This document shows, one piece after another, positions 17,892 through 26,529 of a stretch of DNA of 64,000 nucleotides. The DNA lies in NCBI GenBank assembly GCA_903915535.1, contig CAIWTJ010000204.1:37863-101862 (forward strand). The letters are read 5' to 3'. Under the pieces are notes generated by a model, which was given only the letters and a program-made list of their open reading frames with translations, was not told the origin of the DNA and searched no databases. This stretch comes from Enhydrobacter aerosaccus (lineage in GTDB: Bacteria; Pseudomonadota; Alphaproteobacteria; Reyranellales; Reyranellaceae). The translations under genes were made by a program, and so were the position numbers. Numbering within the stretch: the stretch's first letter is position 1; every line of letters begins with the position of its first letter.

Positions 17892-19426
17892 TTCCCTTGC
17901 GACCTTGCGCGGCGTCCCTCGCCCTCATCGTCGCCCTCGTCTCATCGCTGGGCGGCTGCATGTTCGGCCCCGACTTCAGGCGGCCCGATCCACCCAAGGA
18001 CGGAAGCTATCTCGCGCCCGAAACCGCGATTGCGGAGACCGTCTCGGCCAACGTGCTGGGTGGCGAGGCGCAACGCTTCGTGGAGAACCTCGATATCCCG
18101 GGCCAATGGTGGTCCGTCTTCCAGTCCAAGCCGCTCGACGACATGATCCAAAGGGCGCTCGCCGCCAATCCCGACGTCCAGGCGGCGATCGCCGCCCTCA
18201 AGATAGCCCAACAGAATGCACGGGCGCAGCGCGCGGCGCTGTTCCCGACCGTCGGCCTATCGGGCTCGGCCACCCATAACGAGGTGCCGGCGTCGGTTGC
18301 GCCACCGCTCTCGTCGGGCAATTCGATCTTCGGCTTGTTCACCGGCTTCCTGAATATCTCCTACGTCCTCGACGTGTTTGGCGGGGTACGCCGGGCGGCG
18401 GAGTCCCTGGACGCCCAGGCCGAGTCGCAGTGCTTCCTGCTCGAAGCGGCATACCTGACCCTTGCCTCGAATGTGGTCGTCGCTGCGGTGACCGAAGCGT
18501 CTCTGCGCGGGCAGCTTGCCGCGACTGAGCGGACGGTCGAGATCCAGCGTCAGACTCTGGGCCTGCTGCAGCGACGCCTTGCACTCGGCCAGTCGGCGGT
18601 GGCCGACGTCGCCACCCAACAGGCGGCACTCGCCCAGGCCGAGGCCCAGCTGCCGCCGCTCAGGAACCAGCTGAGCCAGCAGCGTCATCTCCTCTCGACG
18701 CTGGTCGGCGAGACGACGCGCCATGAACCGGCGGCGACCTTCGAGCTGGCCAGTCTCGCATTGCCTCGGGATCTGCCCGTAAGCCTGCCGTCGCGCATGG
18801 TCGAGCAAAGGCCGGACGTGCGCGCCGCCGAAGCGAACATCCACTCCGCTGCCGCCTTGGTCGGTGTGGCCGTCGCCAACCAGCTTCCCCAGTTCACTCT
18901 AAGCGCCATGTACGGATTCCAGGTACCGGCGTCCGACCAGATCTTCCAGGTGCTGTTCGTACCGGGGCAGGCCGCCGTCACGGCGGGCGGCAGCTTCCTC
19001 GCCCCGCTTCTCGATGGCGGCGCGCTGGCGGCAAAGAAGAAGGCGGCGCAGGCTGCCTTCGAGCAGTCGGCCGCGCAGTACCGTTCGACCGTGCTGACGG
19101 CTTTCCGCAACGTCGCCGATACTCTTCGAGCGCTGGAATTCGACGCGTTGGCGCTCAAGGCAACATCAGATGCCGAACGCGCGGCCAATCTCAGCCTGGA
19201 GATCACCCGGCGTCGCCTGACGGCAGGCGACGCCGGCATTCTCGACATGCTCAATGCCGAACTCACCTATCAACAGGCGTCGCTGGCACTCGTCCAGACC
19301 CGCGCAAGCCGCTATGCCGACACCGCAGCACTCTACCAGGCACTGGGCGGCGGGTGGTGGAACCGCGACGATGAGGGCAAAGCGACGCCTGCGAAGCGGG
19401 CCGTGTGCAGGGCGCCCAAACCATGA
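17888..19426 (+). CDS. NodT-family efflux outer-membrane lipoprotein
   Basis: Internal start MIPLRPCAASLALIVALVSSLGGC (lipobox) inside ORF 17324..19426. The ATG overlaps the RND stop (ATGA). Two OEP repeats are present. Confidence 0.85.
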   Translation: MIPLRPCAASLALIVALVSSLGGCMFGPDFRRPDPPKDGSYLAPETAIAETVSANVLGGEAQRFVENLDIPGQWWSVFQSKPLDDMIQRALAANPDVQAAIAALKIAQQNARAQRAALFPTVGLSGSATHNEVPASVAPPLSSGNSIFGLFTGFLNISYVLDVFGGVRRAAESLDAQAESQCFLLEAAYLTLASNVVVAAVTEASLRGQLAATERTVEIQRQTLGLLQRRLALGQSAVADVATQQAALAQAEAQLPPLRNQLSQQRHLLSTLVGETTRHEPAATFELASLALPRDLPVSLPSRMVEQRPDVRAAEANIHSAAALVGVAVANQLPQFTLSAMYGFQVPASDQIFQVLFVPGQAAVTAGGSFLAPLLDGGALAAKKKAAQAAFEQSAAQYRSTVLTAFRNVADTLRALEFDALALKATSDAERAANLSLEITRRRLTAGDAGILDMLNAELTYQQASLALVQTRASRYADTAALYQALGGGWWNRDDEGKATPAKRAVCRAPKP

Positions 19427-19445
19427 TCACGCAAGGAGTGCGAAC

Positions 19446-19577
19446 ATGAGAACGATCCTCGTCGTCATCGGACTTTTACTGGTGTGCGGTGCGGCTTCTG
19501 CCGCCGGCTGCCCTCCCGGCACCAAGTACCAGTGCACGCAATCCGCCAAAGGCAAGGTAGTCTGCTCGTGTCATTGA
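19446..19577 (+). CDS. small secreted Cys-rich peptide (43-aa precursor), unannotated-type sORF
   Basis: Internal ATG of ORF 19254..19577, preceded by AAGGAG 8 nt upstream. Product: MRTILVVIGLLLVCGAASAAGCPPGTKYQCTQSAKGKVVCSCH, i.e. a signal peptide with an ASA-type cleavage site followed by a ~24-aa mature part with 4 Cys and a C-terminal His. It lies 19 nt after the OMF stop. Confidence 0.5.
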   Translation: MRTILVVIGLLLVCGAASAAGCPPGTKYQCTQSAKGKVVCSCH

Positions 19578-19864
19578 GAGCAGCCGTCGTCATGGCAGCG
19601 GCGGTGCTATTGAGCGGTTGCGCCGGCACCTGCCGCGCGACGGACGACAAGCTCGCCGCGCTCCGCCGCGGCATGACCTACGACGAAACCGTCCAGGTCA
19701 TGGGCTGTCCCGGCAAGATCACGGGCACCAAGGCACCAGCGTCGGGCGAGGCCTCGACCGTCGAATGGGACGGCCCGCGCTCCTATGTGTTCACCGGGAC
19801 GCAGATCGACTTCTCCGGCGGCAGGTTGATTTCCTATACGACAGGGCAGCGCGGCGGGCTGTAG
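19568..19864 (+). CDS. small lipoprotein, SmpA/OmlA (BamE)-like
   Basis: ORF 19484..19864. Lipobox AAAVLLSGC, and a GMTYDETVQVMGCPG motif resembling the BamE/SmpA_OmlA fold. The start is ambiguous (GTG 19568, TTG 19574 or ATG 19592). The first two overlap the end of the sORF. Confidence 0.6.
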   Translation: MSLRAAVVMAAAVLLSGCAGTCRATDDKLAALRRGMTYDETVQVMGCPGKITGTKAPASGEASTVEWDGPRSYVFTGTQIDFSGGRLISYTTGQRGGL

Positions 19865-19928
19865 TTCTCAAAGTCGGCAGTCCAAGACGGCCCATCGATG
19901 TGCGCTTCGGGTCATTCGCGACCACGCC

Positions 19929-21092
19929 CTAGCGGAAGCGCGGCATCACCTTCGTCCAGAAGGTCTCGATCGATTTCATCAGCTTCGGGTGCGGCACCAG
20001 GCTGTTGTAGGTGTAGGCGAACACCCAGTCGACCGGCTGGCGCTTCTGCTGCTCTTCCATGCCCTTCAGCACCGTGTCGACCGTGCCGACATAGGCGTAG
20101 CCCATGGCGATGATCTCGTCGGGCGTCAGCATCTTAGCCGTCTTGGGATCGGTCACGCCCTTGCGGAAGCCGAACGGCTCGAACCAGGCGCGGCCGGAGA
20201 ACTGGCCGGAGTCCTGCCACAGCGCACGGGCCTCCTCGTCGGTGTCGCAGATGATGACGTCGCGCAGCACGCCCACGCCCTCGCCCTTCTTCTTGCCCGA
20301 GACCTCGGCATAGACGCTGTAGAGCTTGTCCTCGAAGACCGGCAGCATCGGCGGCAGGATGGGCGTCACGTTCTCCTGCGCACAGAACCGCACCGTGCTT
20401 TCGGAGCTGGCGAACGGCTGGAACAACGGCGGATGCGGCTTCTGCAGCGGCTTGGGCACCACGCCCACCGATTTCAGGATGCCGTCCTCGACGCCCTTGC
20501 CCCACTTCGTGGTCGTGTCGAGCGTCCACGGGGTGGGGCCCGCCGGCACCTTCCAGAACTTGCCGTCGAAGGTCAGCATCTCCTCCGTCCAGCATTTCTT
20601 GACGATGTGGAAGTTCTCCTCGAAGGCCAGGCGATTGGCATCGTCGATCTGGTCGTGCTGGTGCGGCAGCGCGCCGTGGATGCCGTGCGTCTGCTGCGCC
20701 ATGATATCGACCCAGCGGCGCTGATAGCCGCGCGCGAAGCCCGCGTTGGCGCGTCCGTTGGTCATGTGGTCGAGCATCGCGATGTCTTCGGCGACGCGGA
20801 TCGGATTGGCCGCCGGCAGCACGATGCCGAGCTGGCCGACACGGATGCGCTTGGTCTGCATCGCGAAGTACAGGTCGAGCAGCACCGGATTGTTCGAGAG
20901 CTCGAAGCCCTCGATGTGGAAGTGATGCTCGGTGAAGGAAACCGAATCGTAGCCGAGCTCGTCGCCCAGTTTGATCTGCTCGGTCAGCTCCTTCAGCATG
21001 CGCTGGTAGAACTGCGGGTTCATGCCCGCCATGCCCTTCTCGATCTCGGCACGGCTGGCGATCGTCGGCAGATAAAAGAGCGACGCCTTCAT
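19929..21092 (-). CDS. LLM-class (luciferase-like) flavin-dependent oxidoreductase
   Basis: Internal start MKASLFYLP... of ORF 19929..21341, with a GGAGGAAG RBS. SFTEHHF motif, 387 aa. The upstream part of the ORF is translation of the repeat element. Confidence 0.85.
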   Translation of the reverse strand: MKASLFYLPTIASRAEIEKGMAGMNPQFYQRMLKELTEQIKLGDELGYDSVSFTEHHFHIEGFELSNNPVLLDLYFAMQTKRIRVGQLGIVLPAANPIRVAEDIAMLDHMTNGRANAGFARGYQRRWVDIMAQQTHGIHGALPHQHDQIDDANRLAFEENFHIVKKCWTEEMLTFDGKFWKVPAGPTPWTLDTTTKWGKGVEDGILKSVGVVPKPLQKPHPPLFQPFASSESTVRFCAQENVTPILPPMLPVFEDKLYSVYAEVSGKKKGEGVGVLRDVIICDTDEEARALWQDSGQFSGRAWFEPFGFRKGVTDPKTAKMLTPDEIIAMGYAYVGTVDTVLKGMEEQQKRQPVDWVFAYTYNSLVPHPKLMKSIETFWTKVMPRFR

Positions 21093-21113
21093 TGCTTCCT
21101 CCTTGGGCACCCG

Positions 21114-21220
21114 CCTCACCCTGAGGAGCGGCCTGAAAGGCCGCGTCTCGAAGGGTGGGAACGAGCACCTTGTCCGTGGCCCATCCTTCGAGACGCGCTG
21201 CGCGCTCCTCAGGATGAGGT
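21114..21220. repeat. nested-palindrome intergenic repeat element, copy A (REP/MITE-like)
   Basis: 107 bp. Structure: cctcaccctgaggagc[gcggcc-tgaaa-ggccgc]gtctcgaagggtggg, then a 20-nt spacer, then the inverted partner unit cccatccttcgagac[gcgc..gcgc]tcctcaggatgaggt. A second copy is at 23977..24088 in the opposite orientation. Confidence 0.8.
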
Positions 21221-21228
21221 CACCTTTG

Positions 21229-22680
21229 TTATGCGACGGAGGGTGGCACAGCTCCCGGCTTGGGGTCGATGGGCAGGAGCTTGTCGAGACCGGCCAGCTT
21301 TTCGTACAGCGATGCCGCCTGCAGCAGCGCTGCCTCGCCACGCGGCTTGCCGACGAGCTGGAGGCCGATCGGCCGGCCGAAGGAGTCGAAGCCGCAGGGT
21401 ATGGCGATCGCGGGGCTTCCGGTCACGGTGATCGCCGAATTGAGCGTCGAGCCCGCCATGTAGTTCTCGAGCTTCTTGCCCGCGATGGTCTCCGGCGCGC
21501 GCAGCATGACGTCGAAGGCCGCCGTCGGCGCGCCGGGCGTCACCAGCAGATCGTACTTCTGCCAGAACAGGTGCATGCGCCGGTACAGCGCCGCGCGCTC
21601 GCGCTCGGCCCAGGCGAGCTGGCGCGTGGTCTGCTTGAAGCCCAGCTCGGTGTTCCAGAGGATGTCGGGCTTGATCTTGTCCTTGTGCTGCTCGATCTGC
21701 AGCTCGCGATCGACCACGAACTGCTGGGCGCGGAAAGCCATGAAGACCTCGTCGACCGGTCCGAAATCGGGCGAGGCTTCCTCGACGATGCAGCCGAGTT
21801 CCGTGAAGCGCTTCGCCGCTTTCTCGCAGATCTCGCGGATCTCGCGGTCGAGCCCGAACTTGCCGCCGAAATCCATGGTGATTGCGACGCGTTTGGGCGC
21901 CACCGCCTGGGCGACGGCGGCGGAGAACGACACCGCCGGCGCATCGAACGTCATTGCATCCTCGGGGCAGAAGCCCGCCATCGTGTCGAGGAAGAGCGCG
22001 AGGTCGGGCACGTTGCGCGCCATCGGCCCCTGCACCGACTGCGGCGAATATAGGTTGTTCGACGTGCCGCGCGTCACGCGCCCCGCCGACGGCCGGATGC
22101 CGACCGTCGAGCAATAGGTGCCGGGACGGCGGAGCGACCCGCCGTGGTCAGTGCCCTGCGCCAGCCAGACCTCGCCGGTCGCCACCGAAACGGAGCCGCC
22201 CCCGGTCGAGCCGCCGCAGGTGAGCGACGTATTCCAGGGATTGCGCGTGCGGCCGAACACTTCGTTGAACGTGCTTCCGCCCGCGCCGAACTCCGGCGTG
22301 TTGGACTTGCCCATCACGATGCCGCCCTTGCGCTCGATGCGCTCGACCAGCGGATGCGAGCGGGCGGGCACGTGGTCGGCGAAGATCGGCGAGCCGTAGG
22401 TCGTGCGCACGCCCGCCACGTCGTTGAGGTCCTTGATCGACACCGGCAGGCCGCCCAGCCAGCCGGCTTCGCCGGAGGCTTCACAGGCAGCACCTCCTGC
22501 CATGATGCGCTTGGCGTGATCGCGCGCGCGATCGAGGCAGAGGGTCGGCATCGCGTTCACCGCGGGCTCGACCTCGGCCATGCGCCTGGCCGACGCCTCG
22601 ACGAGGTCGAGCGGGCTGATTTCCCTCTTCTTCAGCCGGGCCACCGCCTCGACCGCCGTCATCTTCCAAAGCTTGCTCAT
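21229..22680 (-). CDS. amidase (amidase-signature family)
   Basis: ORF 21229..22707, start taken at MSKLWKMTAVEAV. GGSTGGGSVSVATG and GTDHGGSLRRP AS-family motifs. 483 aa. Confidence 0.9.
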   Translation of the reverse strand: MSKLWKMTAVEAVARLKKREISPLDLVEASARRMAEVEPAVNAMPTLCLDRARDHAKRIMAGGAACEASGEAGWLGGLPVSIKDLNDVAGVRTTYGSPIFADHVPARSHPLVERIERKGGIVMGKSNTPEFGAGGSTFNEVFGRTRNPWNTSLTCGGSTGGGSVSVATGEVWLAQGTDHGGSLRRPGTYCSTVGIRPSAGRVTRGTSNNLYSPQSVQGPMARNVPDLALFLDTMAGFCPEDAMTFDAPAVSFSAAVAQAVAPKRVAITMDFGGKFGLDREIREICEKAAKRFTELGCIVEEASPDFGPVDEVFMAFRAQQFVVDRELQIEQHKDKIKPDILWNTELGFKQTTRQLAWAERERAALYRRMHLFWQKYDLLVTPGAPTAAFDVMLRAPETIAGKKLENYMAGSTLNSAITVTGSPAIAIPCGFDSFGRPIGLQLVGKPRGEAALLQAASLYEKLAGLDKLLPIDPKPGAVPPSVA

Positions 22681-22763
22681 GGCACCCTTCCGAAATCGGC
22701 AAACCACCTTTGCCGGACTTGCAGCTTTTGCATATGGGATAGTCCTCCGGAGGAAACACCAGA

Positions 22764-23969
22764 ATGACGGCTCCTGCCAGCGGCCCGCTTCGCGGATTGA
22801 AAATCGTGGATATCTCCACTGTCGTGGCGGGGCCGTTCGCGGCGGGCCTGCTGGGCGACTATGGCGCCGAGATCGTGAAGGTCGAGATGCCCGGCATCGG
22901 CGACAGCCTGCGCGCGCTCGCGCCGCACAAGGACGGCGTGCCGCTGTGGTGGAAGGTCACGAACCGCAACAAGCGCGGCGTCACGCTCGACCTGCGCAAG
23001 CCCGAAGGGCGCGACCTGTTCGCGAAGCTGATCGCCGACGCCGACGTGCTGGTCGAGAATTTCCGGCCCGGCACGCTCGACGGCTGGGGCATCACGCGCG
23101 CCTGGCTGCAGGGCATCCGCCCCAGCCTCACCATCCTCCGGGTCACCGGCTTCGGCCAGGACGGACCCTATGCCGGCCGGCCGGGCTTCGCGCGCATCTT
23201 CGAGTCGATGAGCGGCTTCACCCAGATCTGCGGCGAGGACGGCGGACGGCCGCTGCATCTCGGCTATCCCATCTCCGACGCCGTCGCCGGCCTGTTCGGG
23301 GCCGTCGGCATCCTGGCGGCCCTGCACGACCTCGCGAACAATCCCGAAAGGCGCGGCCAGGAGATCGACTGTTCCGCCACCGAGGCGATGCTGCGCACGC
23401 TCGAGTTTCTCGCGATCGAATATGACCAGCTGGGCGCCGTGCGCACGCGCTCGGGCAATCGCAGCCAGTACGCCGCGCCCGGCAATGTCTATCGCACCGC
23501 CGACGACAAATGGGCATCGATCGCCGCCTCGACCCAGAGCATCTTCGATCGCCTGTGCACCGCGCTCGATCGGCGCGACCTGCTGGCGGACGAACGTTTC
23601 GCCACCAATCCGGCGCGCGTAAAAAACTACCTGTTGCTCGACGAGATCGTGGGCGCCGCCATCGGCAAGCTCACCCTGGCGGAGCTGCGCGAGACCCTGA
23701 CCAAGCACGAAGTGGGCTTCTCGCCGATCTACGACATCGCCGACGTGTTCGACGATCCGCAGTTCAAGGCGCGCCAGGCGATCGTGGCGGTGCCCGACGG
23801 CGAGCTGGGCTCGGTGCGCATGCAGGGCGTCGTGCCACGCTTCTCCGAGACGCCGGGCGCGGTGCGCCGCGCGGGTCCCGCGATGGGCGAACACAACGAC
23901 GAAGTCTATGGCGGCCTCGGGCTGACGGCGACGGAGATCGCCGGGCTCAAGGCCCGCAAGGTCATCTAG
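22764..23969 (+). CDS. CaiB/BaiF-family (class III) CoA-transferase
   Basis: 401 aa. GLKIVDISTVVAGPFAAGLLGDYGAEIVKVE and VLVENFRPGTLD motifs. Confidence 0.9.
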   Translation: MTAPASGPLRGLKIVDISTVVAGPFAAGLLGDYGAEIVKVEMPGIGDSLRALAPHKDGVPLWWKVTNRNKRGVTLDLRKPEGRDLFAKLIADADVLVENFRPGTLDGWGITRAWLQGIRPSLTILRVTGFGQDGPYAGRPGFARIFESMSGFTQICGEDGGRPLHLGYPISDAVAGLFGAVGILAALHDLANNPERRGQEIDCSATEAMLRTLEFLAIEYDQLGAVRTRSGNRSQYAAPGNVYRTADDKWASIAASTQSIFDRLCTALDRRDLLADERFATNPARVKNYLLLDEIVGAAIGKLTLAELRETLTKHEVGFSPIYDIADVFDDPQFKARQAIVAVPDGELGSVRMQGVVPRFSETPGAVRRAGPAMGEHNDEVYGGLGLTATEIAGLKARKVI

Positions 23970-23976
23970 GAGATAG

Positions 23977-24088
23977 CTCATCCTGAGGAGCGCGCCGCAG
24001 GCGCGCGTCTCGAAGGATGGGAAACAGACGATGTGCTCGTTCCCACCCTTCGAGACGCGGTCCTGCAGACCGCTCCTCAGGGTGAGGT
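23977..24088. repeat. nested-palindrome intergenic repeat element, copy B (inverted relative to copy A)
   Basis: 112 bp and roughly 85 percent identical by eye to the reverse complement of copy A. The inner hairpin gcggtc-ctgca-gaccgc corresponds to gcggcc-tttca-ggccgc in copy A, a compensatory pair change. Confidence 0.8.
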
Positions 24089-24110
24089 AGTTTTATTTTG
24101 GGAGGACGGG

Positions 24111-25082
24111 ATGCAGCGGCGTCACTTCGGAGCCTGGGCACTAGCGACCTTCGCCATGCCTGCATACGCGCCCCCTGCATTCGCCCAGGGCGACAAGGTC
24201 TCCAAGCTCATGGTCGGCTTTCCGCCGGGCCAGGCAACCGACATCGTCGCGCGCCTGCTGGCCGACGCGTTGAAGTCCCAGTTGGGCGAAACCGTGATCG
24301 TCGACAACAAGCCCGGTCAGGGCGGCAGCATCGTGCTGGGCCAGGTGGCGCATGCCGCGCCCGATGGAACCACCTTCGTGCTGGCGCCGCTCGCTTCGCT
24401 CGCGATCAACCCGCATCTCTACAGGAACGTCGCCTACAACAGCCTGACCAGCTTCGAGCCGGTGGCGCGGGTGTGCGACCTGCCGATGGCCCTGGTGGTG
24501 CATCCCTCGGTGCCGGTGAAGACGCTGCCCGACCTGATCGCCTACGCCCGGGCCAACCCCGACAAGCTCAGCTACTGCTCCGCCGGCAACGGCACCTTGA
24601 GCCACGTCGTGATGGAGGATTTCAAGTCGCGCGCCGGCCTGCGCATCCTGCACGTCCCCTACCAGGGCAGCCCGCCTGCGATGAACGATCTCGTGGCCGG
24701 CACGGTTCAGGTCGCGATGGACACGGTCACGGTCACCAAGCCGCACATCGACGGCGGACGCCTGCGCCTGATCGCGGCGGGCACATTGGAGCGCCTTCCG
24801 GCATTTCCCGACACGCCGACCATCGCCGAGCAGGGCTTCCCCGGCCTCGAGGCGGTGGCGTGGCTCGCCATCCTGTTGCCGGCCAGGACTCCGGCCGCAC
24901 GCGTGAAGCAGCTTTCCGATGCCGTCGTGAAGGTGGTCAACGATCCGCCGATGCAGGAGAGATTGCGCAGCGTCGGCACCATCCCGCGCGCCATGAACGC
25001 GGCCGAATTCGCTGCCTTCCTGAAAAGCGAGGATGCACGCTGGAGTAAGGTGGTCGCGGTCTCGGGAATCAAGGCGGACTAA
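24111..25082 (+). CDS. Bug-family (TctC-like) tripartite tricarboxylate transporter substrate-binding protein, orphan
   Basis: Internal ATG (MQRRHFGAW...) after a GGAGGA RBS. VDNKPGQGGSI and PYQGSPPAMNDLVAG Bug motifs. No TctA or TctB gene is nearby. Confidence 0.9.
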   Translation: MQRRHFGAWALATFAMPAYAPPAFAQGDKVSKLMVGFPPGQATDIVARLLADALKSQLGETVIVDNKPGQGGSIVLGQVAHAAPDGTTFVLAPLASLAINPHLYRNVAYNSLTSFEPVARVCDLPMALVVHPSVPVKTLPDLIAYARANPDKLSYCSAGNGTLSHVVMEDFKSRAGLRILHVPYQGSPPAMNDLVAGTVQVAMDTVTVTKPHIDGGRLRLIAAGTLERLPAFPDTPTIAEQGFPGLEAVAWLAILLPARTPAARVKQLSDAVVKVVNDPPMQERLRSVGTIPRAMNAAEFAAFLKSEDARWSKVVAVSGIKAD

Positions 25083-25144
25083 CCACAGTCCGGTTACGCC
25101 GCGGTGCCTAGAACCGGCCGCGGCCGCGATGCTAGGCAGCGAGC

Positions 25145-25852
25145 ATGAAGACGCTCCCTCGCCGTGCCTTCGCGGCCATCGCCGGTATTTGTCTCATGCC
25201 CGCCGCCGTCCGCGCCGAGACGTACGATCTCTCGGCCCTGCCGCCAGGCGCAACCACGCACCGCGTGTCCGCCGTGCCGGCCGAGATCAAGGGCCGCAAA
25301 GCGCTCAAGGTCGAGATCGACGAGGCATCGAGGAACGGCCGGCCCGGTGTCGACTTTGGCGACACCGACACGTTCGTCATGATCCCGGTGTCGTTCCGTA
25401 ACGGCACGGTCGAGGTCGATGTGCTTGGCCGGCTGCGCGCCGATGCGCCGCCGGAGATGCGCGCGTTCGCGGGCCTCGCCTATCGCATCGCGCCGGACGG
25501 AAAGAAGTTCGAGTCGGCCTACGTGCGGCCGCTCAACGGCCTTAAGCTGAAACCGCCGCCACCGCGCGACAAACGCGCGGTGCAGTACTTCGCCTATCCC
25601 GACTGGCGCTTCGACCGGCTGCGTCAGACTTACCCCGACGGCCGCTACGAAGCGGGCGCCAACATCGCCGGCGACGAATGGATCGCGCTGCGCCTCGACG
25701 TCGAGGAAGACAGGGTCAAGGTCACAGTGAATGGCGAGGAGCGGCTGGTCGTGACCGAGCCCAAGGCCACGCCCGTTTCAGGCTCGGTCGGCCTCTGGGT
25801 CGACATCGGGACGGAAGCCTACTTCTCGAACTTGCGCATCACGCCGCGCTGA
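25145..25852 (+). CDS. secreted protein, tentatively DUF1080 / ConA-like lectin-glucanase fold
   Basis: 235 aa. Signal peptide ...MPAAVRAE. The C-terminal GSVGLWVDIGTEAYFSNLRITP resembles the DUF1080 terminal strand. The assignment rests on memory only. Confidence 0.5.
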   Translation: MKTLPRRAFAAIAGICLMPAAVRAETYDLSALPPGATTHRVSAVPAEIKGRKALKVEIDEASRNGRPGVDFGDTDTFVMIPVSFRNGTVEVDVLGRLRADAPPEMRAFAGLAYRIAPDGKKFESAYVRPLNGLKLKPPPPRDKRAVQYFAYPDWRFDRLRQTYPDGRYEAGANIAGDEWIALRLDVEEDRVKVTVNGEERLVVTEPKATPVSGSVGLWVDIGTEAYFSNLRITPR

Positions 25853-25869
25853 GCGCGCCACAAATGCGT

Positions 25870-26529
25870 TCAAGCGGCGTCGAGATAGTCTTCCCACAGG
25901 TCGAGATGGACCGTATCCACCGGATTGGCCGTCTCGCCCCACAGTTCGCGCGCGGCGAAGCGCACGGTGTAGAGGAACTGCGGTTTCTCGCCCTCGAAGC
26001 GGGCGTTGCTGTCGGGAAAGACATGCGCGCCGTGATCGCACTCGATCGTGCCCAGCCGGCCCCGCACGTAGCGCGGTAGCCGGGTGTGACCGCCGGGATT
26101 GATTCCGCGCGCGCGAACCGCTTGCCCCACCGTGAAGCGCGGCTTGGCCGAGGTGGCGCGCACGGTCGGGCTGCCCGCCAGGATCGCGGGCATCACCTTG
26201 TCGGCGGTGAGCGGCGGTGTTGCCACCGGCACCGCGGGATCGCGCCGGCCGCTCGCGAGTTCCTGCGGCGTGACGAGGCCCGCGCCGAGCAGGAGCTTGA
26301 TCACCGACTCGAACCATTTCTCGTAGTAGGTGAGGCGCAGATAGTCGGCCGGTGGGAGGGTCTCGATGCTGTGGCGGCCGGCATCGATGTTCCAACGCCG
26401 CCAGGCGCCCGCGGCCCGGCGAAGCGCCAGCACCCGCGCCTCCCACGGCGCATGGAAGACCGGCTCGTTGGCCTCGGGCTCGACAGGTCCGAAGCCGTGC
26501 ATGCCGCCCATGTCGTGGATGCCGTTCAT
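25870..26529 (-). CDS. nthB: nitrile hydratase beta subunit
   Basis: Internal start [16 protein letters not shown]... (classic NHase-beta N-terminus) in ORF 25870..26808. The ATG overlaps the alpha stop. 219 aa. Confidence 0.9.
   Translation of the reverse strand: MNGIHDMGGMHGFGPVEPEANEPVFHAPWEARVLALRRAAGAWRRWNIDAGRHSIETLPPADYLRLTYYEKWFESVIKLLLGAGLVTPQELASGRRDPAVPVATPPLTADKVMPAILAGSPTVRATSAKPRFTVGQAVRARGINPGGHTRLPRYVRGRLGTIECDHGAHVFPDSNARFEGEKPQFLYTVRFAARELWGETANPVDTVHLDLWEDYLDAA

Noticed and set aside
21114-24088. Composite transposon or IS interpretation of the repeat-bracketed segment
   Set aside because: No transposase, integrase or recombinase ORF lies inside or nearby, and I could not identify target-site duplications by eye. 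The pair is kept only as a repeat-pair observation.
20134-24090. ORFs at 20134..21168 (minus strand) and 24033..25082 (plus strand) whose ends inside the repeat copies share the N-terminal peptide MLVPTLRDA..QAAPQGE, which might suggest a conserved protein N-terminus or a mobile-element gene
   Set aside because: The shared peptide is simply the translation of the two copies of the intergenic palindromic repeat. The genuine genes start downstream with their own RBS (Bug protein at 24111), or the frame is an antisense shadow.
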